Shown: positions 20,536 to 31,477, numbered from the stretch's first letter. The stretch: DNA of 64,000 nt from an uncultured Bacteroidota bacterium (GCA_963717445.1 OY970334.1:87219-151218); one strand, 5' to 3'. The notes: generated by a model not told the origin, from the sequence alone. Numbers and translations: made by a program.

Positions 20536-21633
20536 ATGAAAATGTCTTATCTTTTTTTGCCAGCTTTTGTATTGAGCGTAAGTACTGTCTATGCGGCGGA
20601 CTCCACCGCTACCCCGGCACCAACACCGATCACATGGAGCGGATTTGTCGATGCATATTACAGTAAAAATTTTAACAGTCCTGTAACCGAAACCAACCAG
20701 CTTAGAAATTTTGATATTGCTGAGAATCAATTCACTCTCAGTCTCGCCGAACTCGTTGTGCAGAAACAGGCTTCTCCCGTCGGGTTCCGAATGGATCTGG
20801 ATTTCGGACCGACAAACGACGTTGTTCAACCTGGCAATGGAAGCACCTTGAATGTTTTGCAGCAGGCATATCTTACCGCTGTTCTTCCTGTCGGTTCCGG
20901 GTTAACCGTTGATGTTGGAAAGTTTGTTACTCACATGGGCTATGAAGTTATTGAATCGAAAGATAACTGGAATTACAGCCGGTCGTTTCTTTTTGCCTAT
21001 GCAATTCCATATTACCACACGGGAATTCGACTGACCTATCCGGTTTCAAGCGCACTAAGCGCAACGGTGCATCTATTGAATGGCTGGAATTCTGCGATAG
21101 ACAACAATCACTCTCAAACGCTCGGGTTAACATTGAATTATACCGTCTCCCCCAGTACCAGCGTCATATTTAACGGGATCGACGGAGATGAACGGCCGTT
21201 TGGGGCGCCGTATGGAAAGAAAGCCGTTGCGGATTTTATTGTAACGCAGACCGTCAACGACAACCTCTCGCTCGCACTCAATGCGGACTATGGCCAGGAG
21301 CGCTTTTTAGGTTCGCCGGGTCCTTTGGCAATCTGGAAGGGCATTGCTATCTACGGAAGATATTCACTTAACGCTAAATCTGCCGTCGCTTTGCGAGGAG
21401 AGTTGTATTACGATCCATACGGATATACGACCGGAGTTGTGAGCCCGAAAACGACGTTAACGGAAATAACGGCGACCTACGAATATCATATTTTCGATGC
21501 GTTGATGGTCCGTGGTGAATTACGGGATGATTTTTCAAATACGCCGGGCGCTTTTAACACAGCCAGCGCCGCTCCATCGCTCTCGGCAAAATCACAGCCG
21601 ACGTTTCTCATCGGCGTTGTCGCGACGTTCTAA
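20536..21633 (+). CDS. Outer-membrane beta-barrel porin (bbp2/OmpL-like, often linked to amtB)
   Basis: Signal peptide, GKFVTHMGYEVIE..NWNYSRSFLF...PYYHTG, C-terminal Phe. Confidence 0.8.
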   Translation: MKMSYLFLPAFVLSVSTVYAADSTATPAPTPITWSGFVDAYYSKNFNSPVTETNQLRNFDIAENQFTLSLAELVVQKQASPVGFRMDLDFGPTNDVVQPGNGSTLNVLQQAYLTAVLPVGSGLTVDVGKFVTHMGYEVIESKDNWNYSRSFLFAYAIPYYHTGIRLTYPVSSALSATVHLLNGWNSAIDNNHSQTLGLTLNYTVSPSTSVIFNGIDGDERPFGAPYGKKAVADFIVTQTVNDNLSLALNADYGQERFLGSPGPLAIWKGIAIYGRYSLNAKSAVALRGELYYDPYGYTTGVVSPKTTLTEITATYEYHIFDALMVRGELRDDFSNTPGAFNTASAAPSLSAKSQPTFLIGVVATF

Positions 21634-21931
21634 TCCTTCGCGACCGAGCCTTACAGTTATGCAGATGGGTTTAGCGCTGGCAGCCGATAAAAAGTTTTTC
21701 AAATTCAGATAATTAATGAAGGAGGATTTCATGCTTATACCGTAAAGAGGCATTTGTGGATTAACACTACCGTTGCAGGTGTGCAACAAGTAGTGGTGAT
21801 TTCCGGCAAGCCTCTTTATGAACCGTCCCTGAGATCGTGCGCTTTCTGCTCGGTGTAGTGGAAAGACCTTTCGAAGGAAGCGGATTTTAAATCACATATA
21901 TCAAAACCAAACAAACTTCAAGAGGTGTGGC

Positions 21932-23458
21932 ATGGGTGAAGAAAAAAAGACCACCATGAAGAAAACACTGGGACTCACGGGTGTAACCGTGAACGCGATG
22001 GCTCTTATCGCCCCAGGCGCGTTTCTCTGGATAACGTTCCAAGTACAAGCTTCGAATAACGGCGGGGCCACGGACATGTGGACCGGTATTGTTGCCGCCC
22101 TTATCGTTGCATTCCTTACTGCAATAGCGTTCTCTGAGTTGGCTCGAAAATATCCGGAAGCCGGCGCAGGCGGTTCGTACTATTTCGCCGAAAAAGCGTT
22201 CCTCGAGCGCGATAAGGCTTCCCACCAACGATTCGCTCGTTTAGCCAAGTTCCTTACGGGCTGGGCAGCCCACTTGTTTTATTGGGTCTATACCGGCGTC
22301 ATGGTGGCGATGATGGCGGTACTCATCACCTATATTTTCGGTCAATTTAATATCAACCTGACGATTCCCGAACAAATCGGAGTAGCAATTGTATTTGCTG
22401 TTTTTATTGGATTGATTGCCGTCCGCGGAATCACAGGATCGACAAATGTTGCGATCGCCATCAACGTGGTTCAATTGGTGTCGTTGGTCGGCTTCAGCAT
22501 TCTGGCGATCATGTTTCGTGTTCAAAATCCACTTCATGCGACACAATGGGCTCATCCTGCTGCATCGTCAATTCTCTTCCCACACAGTCTTTCAGCAATG
22601 CTCTTTCAGTCGACTATTGCAATCCTGATTCTTGTTGGATTTGAGTCGTCAACGTCGCTCGCGGGAGAGGCACTTAACGCCAAGAAAGATATCCCGCGCG
22701 CCGTCGTGATCGCACTTATCATTCAAGGGCTATTTGCGTACTTACTCGAATATTTCGCTGCCAACTATGCTGTGTGCGAAAAACTCACATTTACAAATCC
22801 CGATGGAAGTATAGTCACGGGTATGGATGCGATGGCAGCATCAGGCGCCCCTATCGGAGATATGGTACGAATCATCGGCGATGCAATGTTGGGGGGCAAC
22901 GGCTTTGTCTTGATGATTATCATCGCTATTACCGTGGCGTTGGCCGTTATAGGCACAACACTGGCGGCAGTCAACACGGGTGTCCGTATAAGTTATGCCA
23001 TGGCACAGGATAGTGAGATGCCGTCTATGATGGGAACCTTGCATGAAAAACATTTAAGCCCCCATGTCGGCGTTTGGATTCTTGTTGTTGTTTCCGCAAT
23101 TCTCGGGAGTGTCGGAGTACTGAATGTCACAGCACTTACCGGTATTACGCTAGCGTCCAACATCGGCACATTTGCCCTGTATGCACTCATTTGCTTTATG
23201 ACGTTTGTAACGTTTGTTGGTCGTGAAGAATTTCACAGCGTGAAGCATGCAATTATTCCATTTCTCGGTTTGATCGGAAACATCGGATTGCTTGTAGGTG
23301 TTGTATACATCGGACTTACGACGCCTGGAGTATCTGAAGATGGCACAAAGATGGCGCTGTATATTACGGGTGGGTGGGGGCTTCTGAGTGTCGCCTACTT
23401 GGTCTGGAATAGCAAGAAAATGGGTAAACAAATAATACCGGCCACCAATGCTTCATGA
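21932..23458 (+). CDS. APC-superfamily amino acid/amine permease
   Basis: About 12 TMs; IAPGAF (TM1), ELARKYPEAGAGGSY, VGFES (TM6), RISYAMAQD. Confidence 0.9.
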   Translation: MGEEKKTTMKKTLGLTGVTVNAMALIAPGAFLWITFQVQASNNGGATDMWTGIVAALIVAFLTAIAFSELARKYPEAGAGGSYYFAEKAFLERDKASHQRFARLAKFLTGWAAHLFYWVYTGVMVAMMAVLITYIFGQFNINLTIPEQIGVAIVFAVFIGLIAVRGITGSTNVAIAINVVQLVSLVGFSILAIMFRVQNPLHATQWAHPAASSILFPHSLSAMLFQSTIAILILVGFESSTSLAGEALNAKKDIPRAVVIALIIQGLFAYLLEYFAANYAVCEKLTFTNPDGSIVTGMDAMAASGAPIGDMVRIIGDAMLGGNGFVLMIIIAITVALAVIGTTLAAVNTGVRISYAMAQDSEMPSMMGTLHEKHLSPHVGVWILVVVSAILGSVGVLNVTALTGITLASNIGTFALYALICFMTFVTFVGREEFHSVKHAIIPFLGLIGNIGLLVGVVYIGLTTPGVSEDGTKMALYITGGWGLLSVAYLVWNSKKMGKQIIPATNAS

Positions 23459-23559
23459 AATTCATGGAAGCAAAGACTCTTTCTAACTAAAAGGTGGTCT
23501 GAAGGGAGGAAAATGCAATGATGTTTTTTCCTCCCTTTATGTTTGTACTTGGAGCGTTG

Positions 23560-24393
23560 ATGTCGGAAAGCGATATCGTTGAAATAAAATCATACAGTTA
23601 CACTCACGTCGGGAAAGTACGCGAAGACAACCAGGATGCAGTGCGTCTCTGTAACCCAATCGATGAACTAACACTTGCCGACGGGCATCTGTACGGTATC
23701 GCCGATGGAATGGGGGGATATGCCCATGGAGGTGTCGCAAGCACTTTAGCACTCGAGACTTTTTTCGAGACGTTTTATGCTGCGAACGGAGTTTCCCCAT
23801 CTCAGAAACTCCGGGTTGGTATTCAGAACGCAAATTTAAGCGTCTACCAGGCAGCCCAACGGCTTAAGGCGGGGAGAATGGGAACTACGCTGACAGCAGT
23901 CAATATTGTGGGAAGAAAATTGCATATCGCTCACATAGGGGACAGCCGTGCATATTTAATCAGGAACCACAAGTCCACATGCCTTACGAACGACCACACA
24001 CAGGTTGGTGAACTCGTCCGGATGAAAGTGCTGTCGCCTGAAAAAGTGCGGACACACAGCCAACGATCGAAGCTCGAAAAATGTCTCGGGATGGAACTCT
24101 TCGTTCAGCCAGATATTTTTCAGGTCCCAGTGCAACCCGGAGATATCGTTGTTCTTTGTTCGGACGGGGTTTGGGCTTCAATCCAAGATGATGAGTTTGC
24201 ACGGCTCATCATGGAATCAAATGACCCGAACGACCTTTGCAGGCAAATTGCAGAATTAGCCATGGAGCGCGATAGCGACGATAATCTTTCCATTATCATC
24301 TTATATCTTCAACGGCTCGCACATTCCAAGACTGAAGAAAAGTCTAGCCCGCTACTGCCTTTAATAAATGCGATTCGCCGTTTATTACAATGA
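23560..24393 (+). CDS. PP2C/PPM-family Ser/Thr protein phosphatase (Stp1/PrpC-like)
   Basis: REDNQD, IADGMGG, MGTT, HIGDSRAY, TNDH, LCSDG, DDNLS. Confidence 0.93.
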   Translation: MSESDIVEIKSYSYTHVGKVREDNQDAVRLCNPIDELTLADGHLYGIADGMGGYAHGGVASTLALETFFETFYAANGVSPSQKLRVGIQNANLSVYQAAQRLKAGRMGTTLTAVNIVGRKLHIAHIGDSRAYLIRNHKSTCLTNDHTQVGELVRMKVLSPEKVRTHSQRSKLEKCLGMELFVQPDIFQVPVQPGDIVVLCSDGVWASIQDDEFARLIMESNDPNDLCRQIAELAMERDSDDNLSIIILYLQRLAHSKTEEKSSPLLPLINAIRRLLQ

Positions 24394-24449
24394 ATTAAAA
24401 AATGTAATTTTCGCAAATCTGTAGGCGTGAAGTGGCTTCCTCGAGAGGA

Positions 24450-24478
24450 TTGCTTTTGAGATGAATCTTTAGTACACT
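24450..24478 (+). promoter_or_regulatory. Possible internal promoter for the kinase-GS unit
   Basis: TTGCTT-N17-TACACT in the ~200-bp gap. Confidence 0.45.
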
Positions 24479-24589
24479 TTCTCGCTCGCAGGCAAAAATG
24501 AGAGAATAATGGCTGAAAACCCTTGTTTATTCAAAGGGTGGCCGGTCAGGTCTGTTGTCCCTAGTCCCTTTAAACTTGCGAGAGCTACT

Positions 24590-25573
24590 ATGGCAAAAAC
24601 ATCGATGCTCCAAATTGGCGACCAGTTTGATCATTTTCAAATCCAAGGGCACATCGCTCAAGGCGGGATGAGCGATATCTATCGTGCATTTGATTTGTTA
24701 ACGAGCAAGGAAGTGGTACTCAAAATTCCCGACAGGATGTCAATCGGCGATCCAGCACAATACGAGCGATTCCAACGCGAGCTGGAGGTGATGCGGACTA
24801 TGCAGCATCCAGCGATCCTTAAGGGATTAGGGTCCGGACGTTTTAACAGTACGCCGTATCTTGTAACGGAGTTGATCGAGGGGGAATCAATGAGGACTCT
24901 TATCGGAAGAGCTGGCCCCTTGTCTCCAAGCGATTCGGTTTCGCTGATTCGAAAAATTGCAGACGGGATTGCTCATTGCCATGATAACCAAATTATCCAT
25001 CGTGACCTTAAACCGGAAAACATACTTATCGCAGCTGGGGGACAACCGGTAGTGCTCGATTTCGGCCTTGCACTGACGAAAAAATCTTTTCGCGTCACGT
25101 ATGCCAATCTCAGCAGCACTGCAGGAACGCCCGATTATATGGCTCCTGAGCAGATTGAAGGACAGCGAGGCGACGTACGCACTGATGTCTATGCGGTCGG
25201 AACAATGCTTTTCGAGCTCTTAACAGGAAGGACACCGTTCAGCGGTGATAGTAATCTCGCCGTCATGGCGCAACATCTCAGCGGCAATATTCCACGTTTG
25301 GATAAGATACAAACCGGTGTCTCTCCTCAATTAGCGGCTGTCGTTGCGCGTTGCCTTCAGCGTGATCCGAAGGATCGCTACAGCGATATGCATGCGCTGG
25401 TTCACGACCTCGATCATTTAGAGCAGGTTGATGTTTCAATTCTCGACCGAGTGACGACAGTTTCTCCCATGCGCGCCTTTTGGCGTTCGCCGATTGTCAA
25501 AGCTATCGGGTCAACGTTACTTTTGCTTGCAATCATAATTTTCTTGGCGTTTGTACTTAAATCTATACACTAA
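24590..25573 (+). CDS. Hanks-type Ser/Thr protein kinase with a C-terminal TM anchor and no extracytoplasmic domain
   Basis: AQGGMS, VVLK, RFQRE, HRDLKPEN, DFG, GTPDYMAPE; C-terminal hydrophobic helix. Confidence 0.93.
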   Translation: MAKTSMLQIGDQFDHFQIQGHIAQGGMSDIYRAFDLLTSKEVVLKIPDRMSIGDPAQYERFQRELEVMRTMQHPAILKGLGSGRFNSTPYLVTELIEGESMRTLIGRAGPLSPSDSVSLIRKIADGIAHCHDNQIIHRDLKPENILIAAGGQPVVLDFGLALTKKSFRVTYANLSSTAGTPDYMAPEQIEGQRGDVRTDVYAVGTMLFELLTGRTPFSGDSNLAVMAQHLSGNIPRLDKIQTGVSPQLAAVVARCLQRDPKDRYSDMHALVHDLDHLEQVDVSILDRVTTVSPMRAFWRSPIVKAIGSTLLLLAIIIFLAFVLKSIH

Positions 25574-26925
25574 TGCCTCTGTCTCCTTCAGATAATTCGC
25601 TCGATCGTGTATTGGCGCTCGCCAAAGAACGTGACGTCAAATTCGTTGATCTTCAATTTACCGACGTTGCTGGTTCGGTGAAAAATATCACCGTACCGAT
25701 TACCGAGCTTCCATCCGCACTTAACCACGGCATTTGGTTCGATGGCTCTTCGATAGAAGGGTTTGCCCGGATTGCCGAAAGCGACATGTACCTTATACCC
25801 GACCCATCGACGTTTGCAATCCTGCCATGGCTCGGGGGAAGTGAGACAACGGCGCGGCTTATTTGTAATGTGCACACACCCGATGGGAATCAATTTCTCG
25901 GGGATCCACGAGCGGTACTTTCACGCGTGCTTGACGAAGCGAATAAAATGGGATTCATCTATAACACCGGCCCCGAGCTAGAATTTTTTCTCTTGAAGCC
26001 CAACGCGGATGGCGGTGTGATACCCCCGCATCCGCAAGACAGCGCCAGCTATTTCGACCAGCCGACGGATATGGTTGCGACGGGATTATGGCGGCAGATG
26101 ACCGGCATGCTTTCCGCGTTTGGAATTGAAACAGAAGCAATGCATCACGAGGTTTCGACGGGCCAGCATGAAATAGATTTTCGTTATTCGCACGCTCTTA
26201 AAACCGCAGACAACGCGGTTTCATTTCGAGTGATTCTCAAAATCCTTGCGCAGCAAAAAGGTCTTTATGCAACCTTCATGCCGAAACCGATTCGTGGAAT
26301 CAACGGCAGCGGCATGCACGTACATCAGAGTTTGGGGTACAAAGCAAATGGTTCAAATGCATTCTCCGATACCGGTGATTCACACGGCCTGTCGAAAATT
26401 GCCAAACATTTTATGGCCGGCCAACTCGCACATGCTCGCGGAATGTGTGTGGTCTTAGCACCTCTGGTAAATTCCTATAAGCGTCTGGTGCGCGGATTCG
26501 AAGCTCCGGTGAACATCTGCTGGGGACGCATCAATCGTTCTGCTCTCATCCGAATTCCGCGCGCTCACACGCCGAGCTCGACGAGAATCGAATTGCGCTG
26601 TCCGGATCCCAGTTGCAACCCGTACCTGGCATTTGCCGTTATGCTCGCCGCAGGTCTCGACGGGATTCGTAAAGAATTGCCGATTCCCGAAGCCACCGAA
26701 GAAAACGTGTATTTGGAACCAACGTCGCAAAGCGGTACACCGTTCAGCGTTCTGCCGAGTTCGCTGGACGAAGCCATTTCAGAATTAGAAGAAGACACCG
26801 TGATACGAGAAGCGCTTGGAGCGCATGTGTACGAACGCTTCATCAGCGCCAAGCGATTGGAGTGGGAAGACTATCGCATCGAAGTAACTCCCTGGGAATT
26901 GGATAAATACCTTCCAATCTATTAA
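25573..26925 (+). CDS. glnA: Glutamine synthetase type I (GSI-alpha-like, 450 aa)
   Basis: [53 protein letters not shown]; TAATG overlap with the kinase stop. Confidence 0.88.
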   Translation: MPLSPSDNSLDRVLALAKERDVKFVDLQFTDVAGSVKNITVPITELPSALNHGIWFDGSSIEGFARIAESDMYLIPDPSTFAILPWLGGSETTARLICNVHTPDGNQFLGDPRAVLSRVLDEANKMGFIYNTGPELEFFLLKPNADGGVIPPHPQDSASYFDQPTDMVATGLWRQMTGMLSAFGIETEAMHHEVSTGQHEIDFRYSHALKTADNAVSFRVILKILAQQKGLYATFMPKPIRGINGSGMHVHQSLGYKANGSNAFSDTGDSHGLSKIAKHFMAGQLAHARGMCVVLAPLVNSYKRLVRGFEAPVNICWGRINRSALIRIPRAHTPSSTRIELRCPDPSCNPYLAFAVMLAAGLDGIRKELPIPEATEENVYLEPTSQSGTPFSVLPSSLDEAISELEEDTVIREALGAHVYERFISAKRLEWEDYRIEVTPWELDKYLPIY

Positions 26926-27325
26926 CGCTTTCCTTGCTGCAAAAATTTCTCATCCGCCCGTAGTTCCCTTTCGTCCGCGAATCTATTTGAAGGCGTAAAA
27001 ATACTTCTTCACGAGAGGAATATATTTTTCACAAGAAAAATATATTTGCGTTATTCGTGTTCTCCATCTCTTCATTTATGAATCCCATCCTAAGCATCAT
27101 CCCTTCCTGACGATTTTAACAGCAGAGTAAAATAGCAGGAACGTGCTTTCCTGCTGACACAGAAGATCGATGTTCAGTTTGCATATCGCGAACCGTGCAT
27201 GTTCAGTAATTGTAGTGAAATTTTAAAATGGCAAATACTTAATGTTTTTATATTTATTTAGATTTCATAGAAAAATTATATAAAAAAACATCATTAAACT
27301 ATAAAAAAAATATAAAAAATAGTTC

Positions 27326-27390
27326 TTGACAATAACTTAATAAAAGTTATATTTAATCCAATAAATCTTTACTAAAGTATTGTCAATACT
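27326..27390 (+). promoter_or_regulatory. Sigma70-like promoter of glnK-amtB with palindromes in an AT-rich region
   Basis: TTGACA-N16-TATATT; ataactt-N5-aagttat in the spacer; agtattg-t-caatact downstream. Confidence 0.6.
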
Positions 27391-27424
27391 AATAATACCT
27401 AAATAACTTACGCTCAATAATTAG

Positions 27425-27775
<351 letters not shown>

Positions 27776-27844
27776 CAACCGGGGGATTTTTGGATACATC
27801 TAATCAAATTACTCAACTATTTTCAACTAATTGAGGTGTGATCT

Positions 27845-29407
27845 ATGGAATCATTTTTCAAGCGTAAGTTCTTCCTCTCGATGTGTGCATTGACGTTGAT
27901 CATTATTGGGATGTCATCCTACGCACACGCGGGGGATCAGCCTGACCCTTCAGGAACGAAAACGGGGACGATTGCCGATGTTCCGGCGGCCAAACCGGGC
28001 GAGCCGACGTTGCAGGAAATCGGTGACGCTGTCGGTCATAATCATGTTGCCATAAATTTTGTTTGGACGCTAGTGACAGGCTTCCTTGTTATGTTTATGC
28101 AGGCAGGATTTGCCCTGGTAGAAACCGGCTTGTGCAGGGCAAAGAATTCAGGCCACACTATGGCGATGAATTTTATGATCTATCCGATGGGTATGCTCGG
28201 TTTTTATCTTTGCGGTTTTGCATTTATGTTCGGCGGAATGGGGGCAATCGGGACAATGGGGAATTATGCTGGGCTCAACAATGAACTCACGCTAAATATA
28301 CTCGGCAAGCCTTTCGGTCTTATAGGCTTGAAAGGGTTTATGCTGCAAGGAGCCGGGTATGATACCGCAGCATTCGCATTGTTTCTCTTTCAAATGGTCT
28401 TTATGGACACCACCGCAACAATCCCGACGGGCGCCGCTGCTGAACGTTGGAAATTCTCAGCTTTCATGATTTATGGATGTTTCATTGGGTCAGTAATGTA
28501 CCCGGTGTTCGGGAATTGGGTATGGGGCGGCGGATGGCTTTCCCAACTTGGCGTGAATTTTGGGCTCGGACACGGGCACGTTGACTTTGCCGGTTCTACG
28601 GTAGTGCACATGCAAGGGGGTGTGATCGCACTTATTTTCTCTTGGTTGATCGGTCCGCGGTACGGAAAGTACAACAAAGACGGCAGCATCAATCCGATAC
28701 AGCCGCACAGTATTCCACTAACTATGCTCGGCACGTTTATTCTGGCCTTTGGCTGGTTTGGGTTCAATCCAGGTTCGACGCTTGCCGGAACGGACTTACG
28801 AATTGCAGTAGTGGCAACCAATACCATGATTGCGAGCGCCACCGGCGCACTATTTTCAACTCTCTGGATGTGGTGGTTCCGCACAAAGAAACCGGATCCG
28901 TCTATGATGTGTAATGGCATGCTTGCGGGCCTCGTAGCAATCACGGCGCCGTGCGCTTTTGTGAGTGCCGGTGGGGCGGCAATCATCGGACTTGTCGCTG
29001 GAATTCTCGTTGTAGAATCTGTTTTCTTTCTCGACAAACATAAAATTGACGATTGCGTGGGTGCAATTTCTGTTCACGGCACCTGTGGTGCATGGGGTTG
29101 TCTGTCCATAGGGTTGCTTGCCGACGGTACATATGGCGACGGATGGAACGGGGTCGCGGGCACGGTGACAGGTCTTTTTTACGGCGGAGGCATGAGTCAA
29201 TTTTGGGCTGAATCGATTGGCGTCATCACCTGCTTCGTTACCCTTTCAGTTCTCTCAATCATCGTTTTTAAGATAGCAGAAAAGATCGTCGGAAACCGTG
29301 TCTCGCAAGAAGTAGAAATTGAGGGCCTCGACATTCCTGAAATGGGTGTCCTTGGCTATAACGGCTTCGTGATGGACAAATTGGGTGAAACTTCGCACGC
29401 ACGATAA
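27845..29407 (+). CDS. amtB: Ammonium transporter
   Basis: MQAGFALVE, FQMVF, DFAGSTVVH, GWFGFNPGS, DDCVGAISVHG (twin His), GLDIPEMG. Confidence 0.96.
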   Translation: MESFFKRKFFLSMCALTLIIIGMSSYAHAGDQPDPSGTKTGTIADVPAAKPGEPTLQEIGDAVGHNHVAINFVWTLVTGFLVMFMQAGFALVETGLCRAKNSGHTMAMNFMIYPMGMLGFYLCGFAFMFGGMGAIGTMGNYAGLNNELTLNILGKPFGLIGLKGFMLQGAGYDTAAFALFLFQMVFMDTTATIPTGAAAERWKFSAFMIYGCFIGSVMYPVFGNWVWGGGWLSQLGVNFGLGHGHVDFAGSTVVHMQGGVIALIFSWLIGPRYGKYNKDGSINPIQPHSIPLTMLGTFILAFGWFGFNPGSTLAGTDLRIAVVATNTMIASATGALFSTLWMWWFRTKKPDPSMMCNGMLAGLVAITAPCAFVSAGGAAIIGLVAGILVVESVFFLDKHKIDDCVGAISVHGTCGAWGCLSIGLLADGTYGDGWNGVAGTVTGLFYGGGMSQFWAESIGVITCFVTLSVLSIIVFKIAEKIVGNRVSQEVEIEGLDIPEMGVLGYNGFVMDKLGETSHAR

Positions 29408-29476
29408 GTGCATTCCATAACCTGTGTGCTGCGTAGAATTTTTTTCTGCGCAGCACAATTATACGAAGGTAAAATA

Positions 29477-29815
29477 ATGATAACTCAAATAATGAATGTC
29501 TTTCTCCCTATTGGCGGATTCGTTCTCGGCGCTGCCATCGGGCTGTCATTCGGCAAGATTCAGGACGCTGCACTTGCGCGCAATAAAAAACTGCAGGAAA
29601 GCAAGAAGCTGGCCAGCGGGTGGGCAGTAATGCCGGGGTCAATGAGCCGAATTGCTTACTTACTCATTGTGCTTGCCCTTGTGCAGTTGACGTGTCCTCT
29701 ATTCTTTGAGGGCAACACTGTCCAATGGATAGTTTCTGCGGGTGTGGTTCTTGGCTACGGATGGTCGTTGTATTCGCAATTTCGACGGCGCACCCCACAG
29801 ATGTGGGGCCGATGA
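29477..29815 (+). CDS. Small ~3-TM hypothetical membrane protein (paralog A)
   Basis: Homologous to 31662-31991 (LASGWAVMPG / LASDWAAMPG; QWIVSAGVVLGY / QWIISAGVVLGY). Confidence 0.75.
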   Translation: MITQIMNVFLPIGGFVLGAAIGLSFGKIQDAALARNKKLQESKKLASGWAVMPGSMSRIAYLLIVLALVQLTCPLFFEGNTVQWIVSAGVVLGYGWSLYSQFRRRTPQMWGR

Positions 29816-31209
29816 TGGTTCTGCCGTTTGTTCTCCTTCTTGCCTCGATCGCCATCGTCCCGTTTATTAATCGCCATTGGTGGGAGAAGAATTATCCATA
29901 TGTATCGGTCGGTCTCGGGCTTATTCCTGTTACATATTATATTTTTGTTTTAGGGAACAGCACGAGGATTCTTCAGACTGGCATGGAGTACGTGAGTTTT
30001 ATTGTTTTGATCGGTTCCCTCTTTATAGTTGCAGGGGGAATCCACATCAGGATCAAGGGGAAGTCGACGCCGGCTACGAATGTTTTTTTCCTTGCTGTTG
30101 GGGCAGTGGTTGCGAATCTGCTTGGAACAACCGGCGCATCGATGATCATGATCCGCCCGTTTCTTAGAGTTAACGGGTATCGCTTGCGCGGATTTCACAT
30201 TGTTTTTTTTATTTTCGTCATCAGCAACATAGGAGGAGCTCTCACGCCAATCGGTGACCCGCCTCTTTTTCTCGGTTATTTGAAAGGGGTTCCTTTTTTG
30301 TGGGTTCTGCAAAATGTGTGGTACATGTGGGTCATTGTCCTTGGCATAATCATGGCGGCATTTTTCGTGATGGATACCATCAGTTTCCGAAAGTTTGAAG
30401 CAGGCCCTAAACATGTTCCGTCATCGCAGCTTCATGAGGAAACGGAAGTTGGCGGCCTGCACAATATTTTTTTTCTTGCCGTGATTCTTATTGCGGTTTT
30501 TTTGGAAAATCCTCCATTCCTCCGGGAGACTTTGATGATTGCGGCTGCGGCTGGATCGTATTTCACAACCCGGAAGGAGATACACATCAAGAACGATTTC
30601 AATTTTGCGCCCATCAAGGAGGTGGCGATTCTGTTCGTTGGAATATTTGCTACAATGGTTCCAGCGCTTGACTGGCTGGAGCTCAATGCAACCTCACTCG
30701 GAATTACCAAGCCTGAACATTTTTTCTGGGGGACAGGAGCTCTTTCAAGCGTACTGGATAATGCTCCGACGTATCTTAATTTTCTCAGCGCTTCAATCGG
30801 GCTTTTTGTCGATCATACAATTATTGCGCGAGTCCAACAACTGGTGGCCGGGCATAGCTCGACGTTGGCTGCGATTGGGCCAAACTATTCTAGAGAAATT
30901 CAAAAGACGTACGCAATGCTCACACAGTATCACCCAGAGGCTGTCGCCACCGGTGCCGTCCCTGTCGCAGATATTCAATTGTCATATATCATCGCTAACC
31001 AGAGTATTTATCTGAAGGCAATTTCAATTGCTGCCGTTTTCTTTGGGGCATGCACGTACATTGGCAATGGCCCAAATTTCATGGTGAAATCTATTGCGGA
31101 ACAGTCGGGGGTTGCTATGCCATCCTTTTTTGGCTACATCGTACGATTTACGATTCCTGTATTGCTCCCGACATACGGCCTTATCTGGTTCTTGTTTTTT
31201 CGATCATAG
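29812..31209 (+). CDS. IT-superfamily transporter (CitMHS_2-like / 'sodium:proton antiporter')
   Basis: GTTGASM, SNIGGALTPIGDPPLFLG, LDNAPTY, YIGNGPNFMVK; ATGA overlap with the upstream gene. Confidence 0.82.
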   Translation: MMVLPFVLLLASIAIVPFINRHWWEKNYPYVSVGLGLIPVTYYIFVLGNSTRILQTGMEYVSFIVLIGSLFIVAGGIHIRIKGKSTPATNVFFLAVGAVVANLLGTTGASMIMIRPFLRVNGYRLRGFHIVFFIFVISNIGGALTPIGDPPLFLGYLKGVPFLWVLQNVWYMWVIVLGIIMAAFFVMDTISFRKFEAGPKHVPSSQLHEETEVGGLHNIFFLAVILIAVFLENPPFLRETLMIAAAAGSYFTTRKEIHIKNDFNFAPIKEVAILFVGIFATMVPALDWLELNATSLGITKPEHFFWGTGALSSVLDNAPTYLNFLSASIGLFVDHTIIARVQQLVAGHSSTLAAIGPNYSREIQKTYAMLTQYHPEAVATGAVPVADIQLSYIIANQSIYLKAISIAAVFFGACTYIGNGPNFMVKSIAEQSGVAMPSFFGYIVRFTIPVLLPTYGLIWFLFFRS

Positions 31210-31477
31210 AATCTTTAACGCTTCACCCAACACACCTAAACCCGCAGGTATTGATGTTTGATATTTGCGGGTTTATTTTTTCCAATGTTGTTTGTTCAAC
31301 AGTTCGAACGCTTGAGATTGATGACCCGAACGGCCGGCTTTTATGCCGGCATTTTGTGATGCGCCGATAAAAAGGTCAGAACCCCGATCCTTTGCGAAAT
31401 TCCTGCACGCAGCCTTTTGAAACAAATAGGCCCGTCTCCATCTGCCGCATCGGCGCAAAACTATTTTCAAAAACAAC

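Noticed and set aside
29424-29458. Hairpin after amtB as an intrinsic terminator
   Set aside because: It has no 3' U-tract, so it is more likely a stabilising or processing stem. Not called as a terminator.
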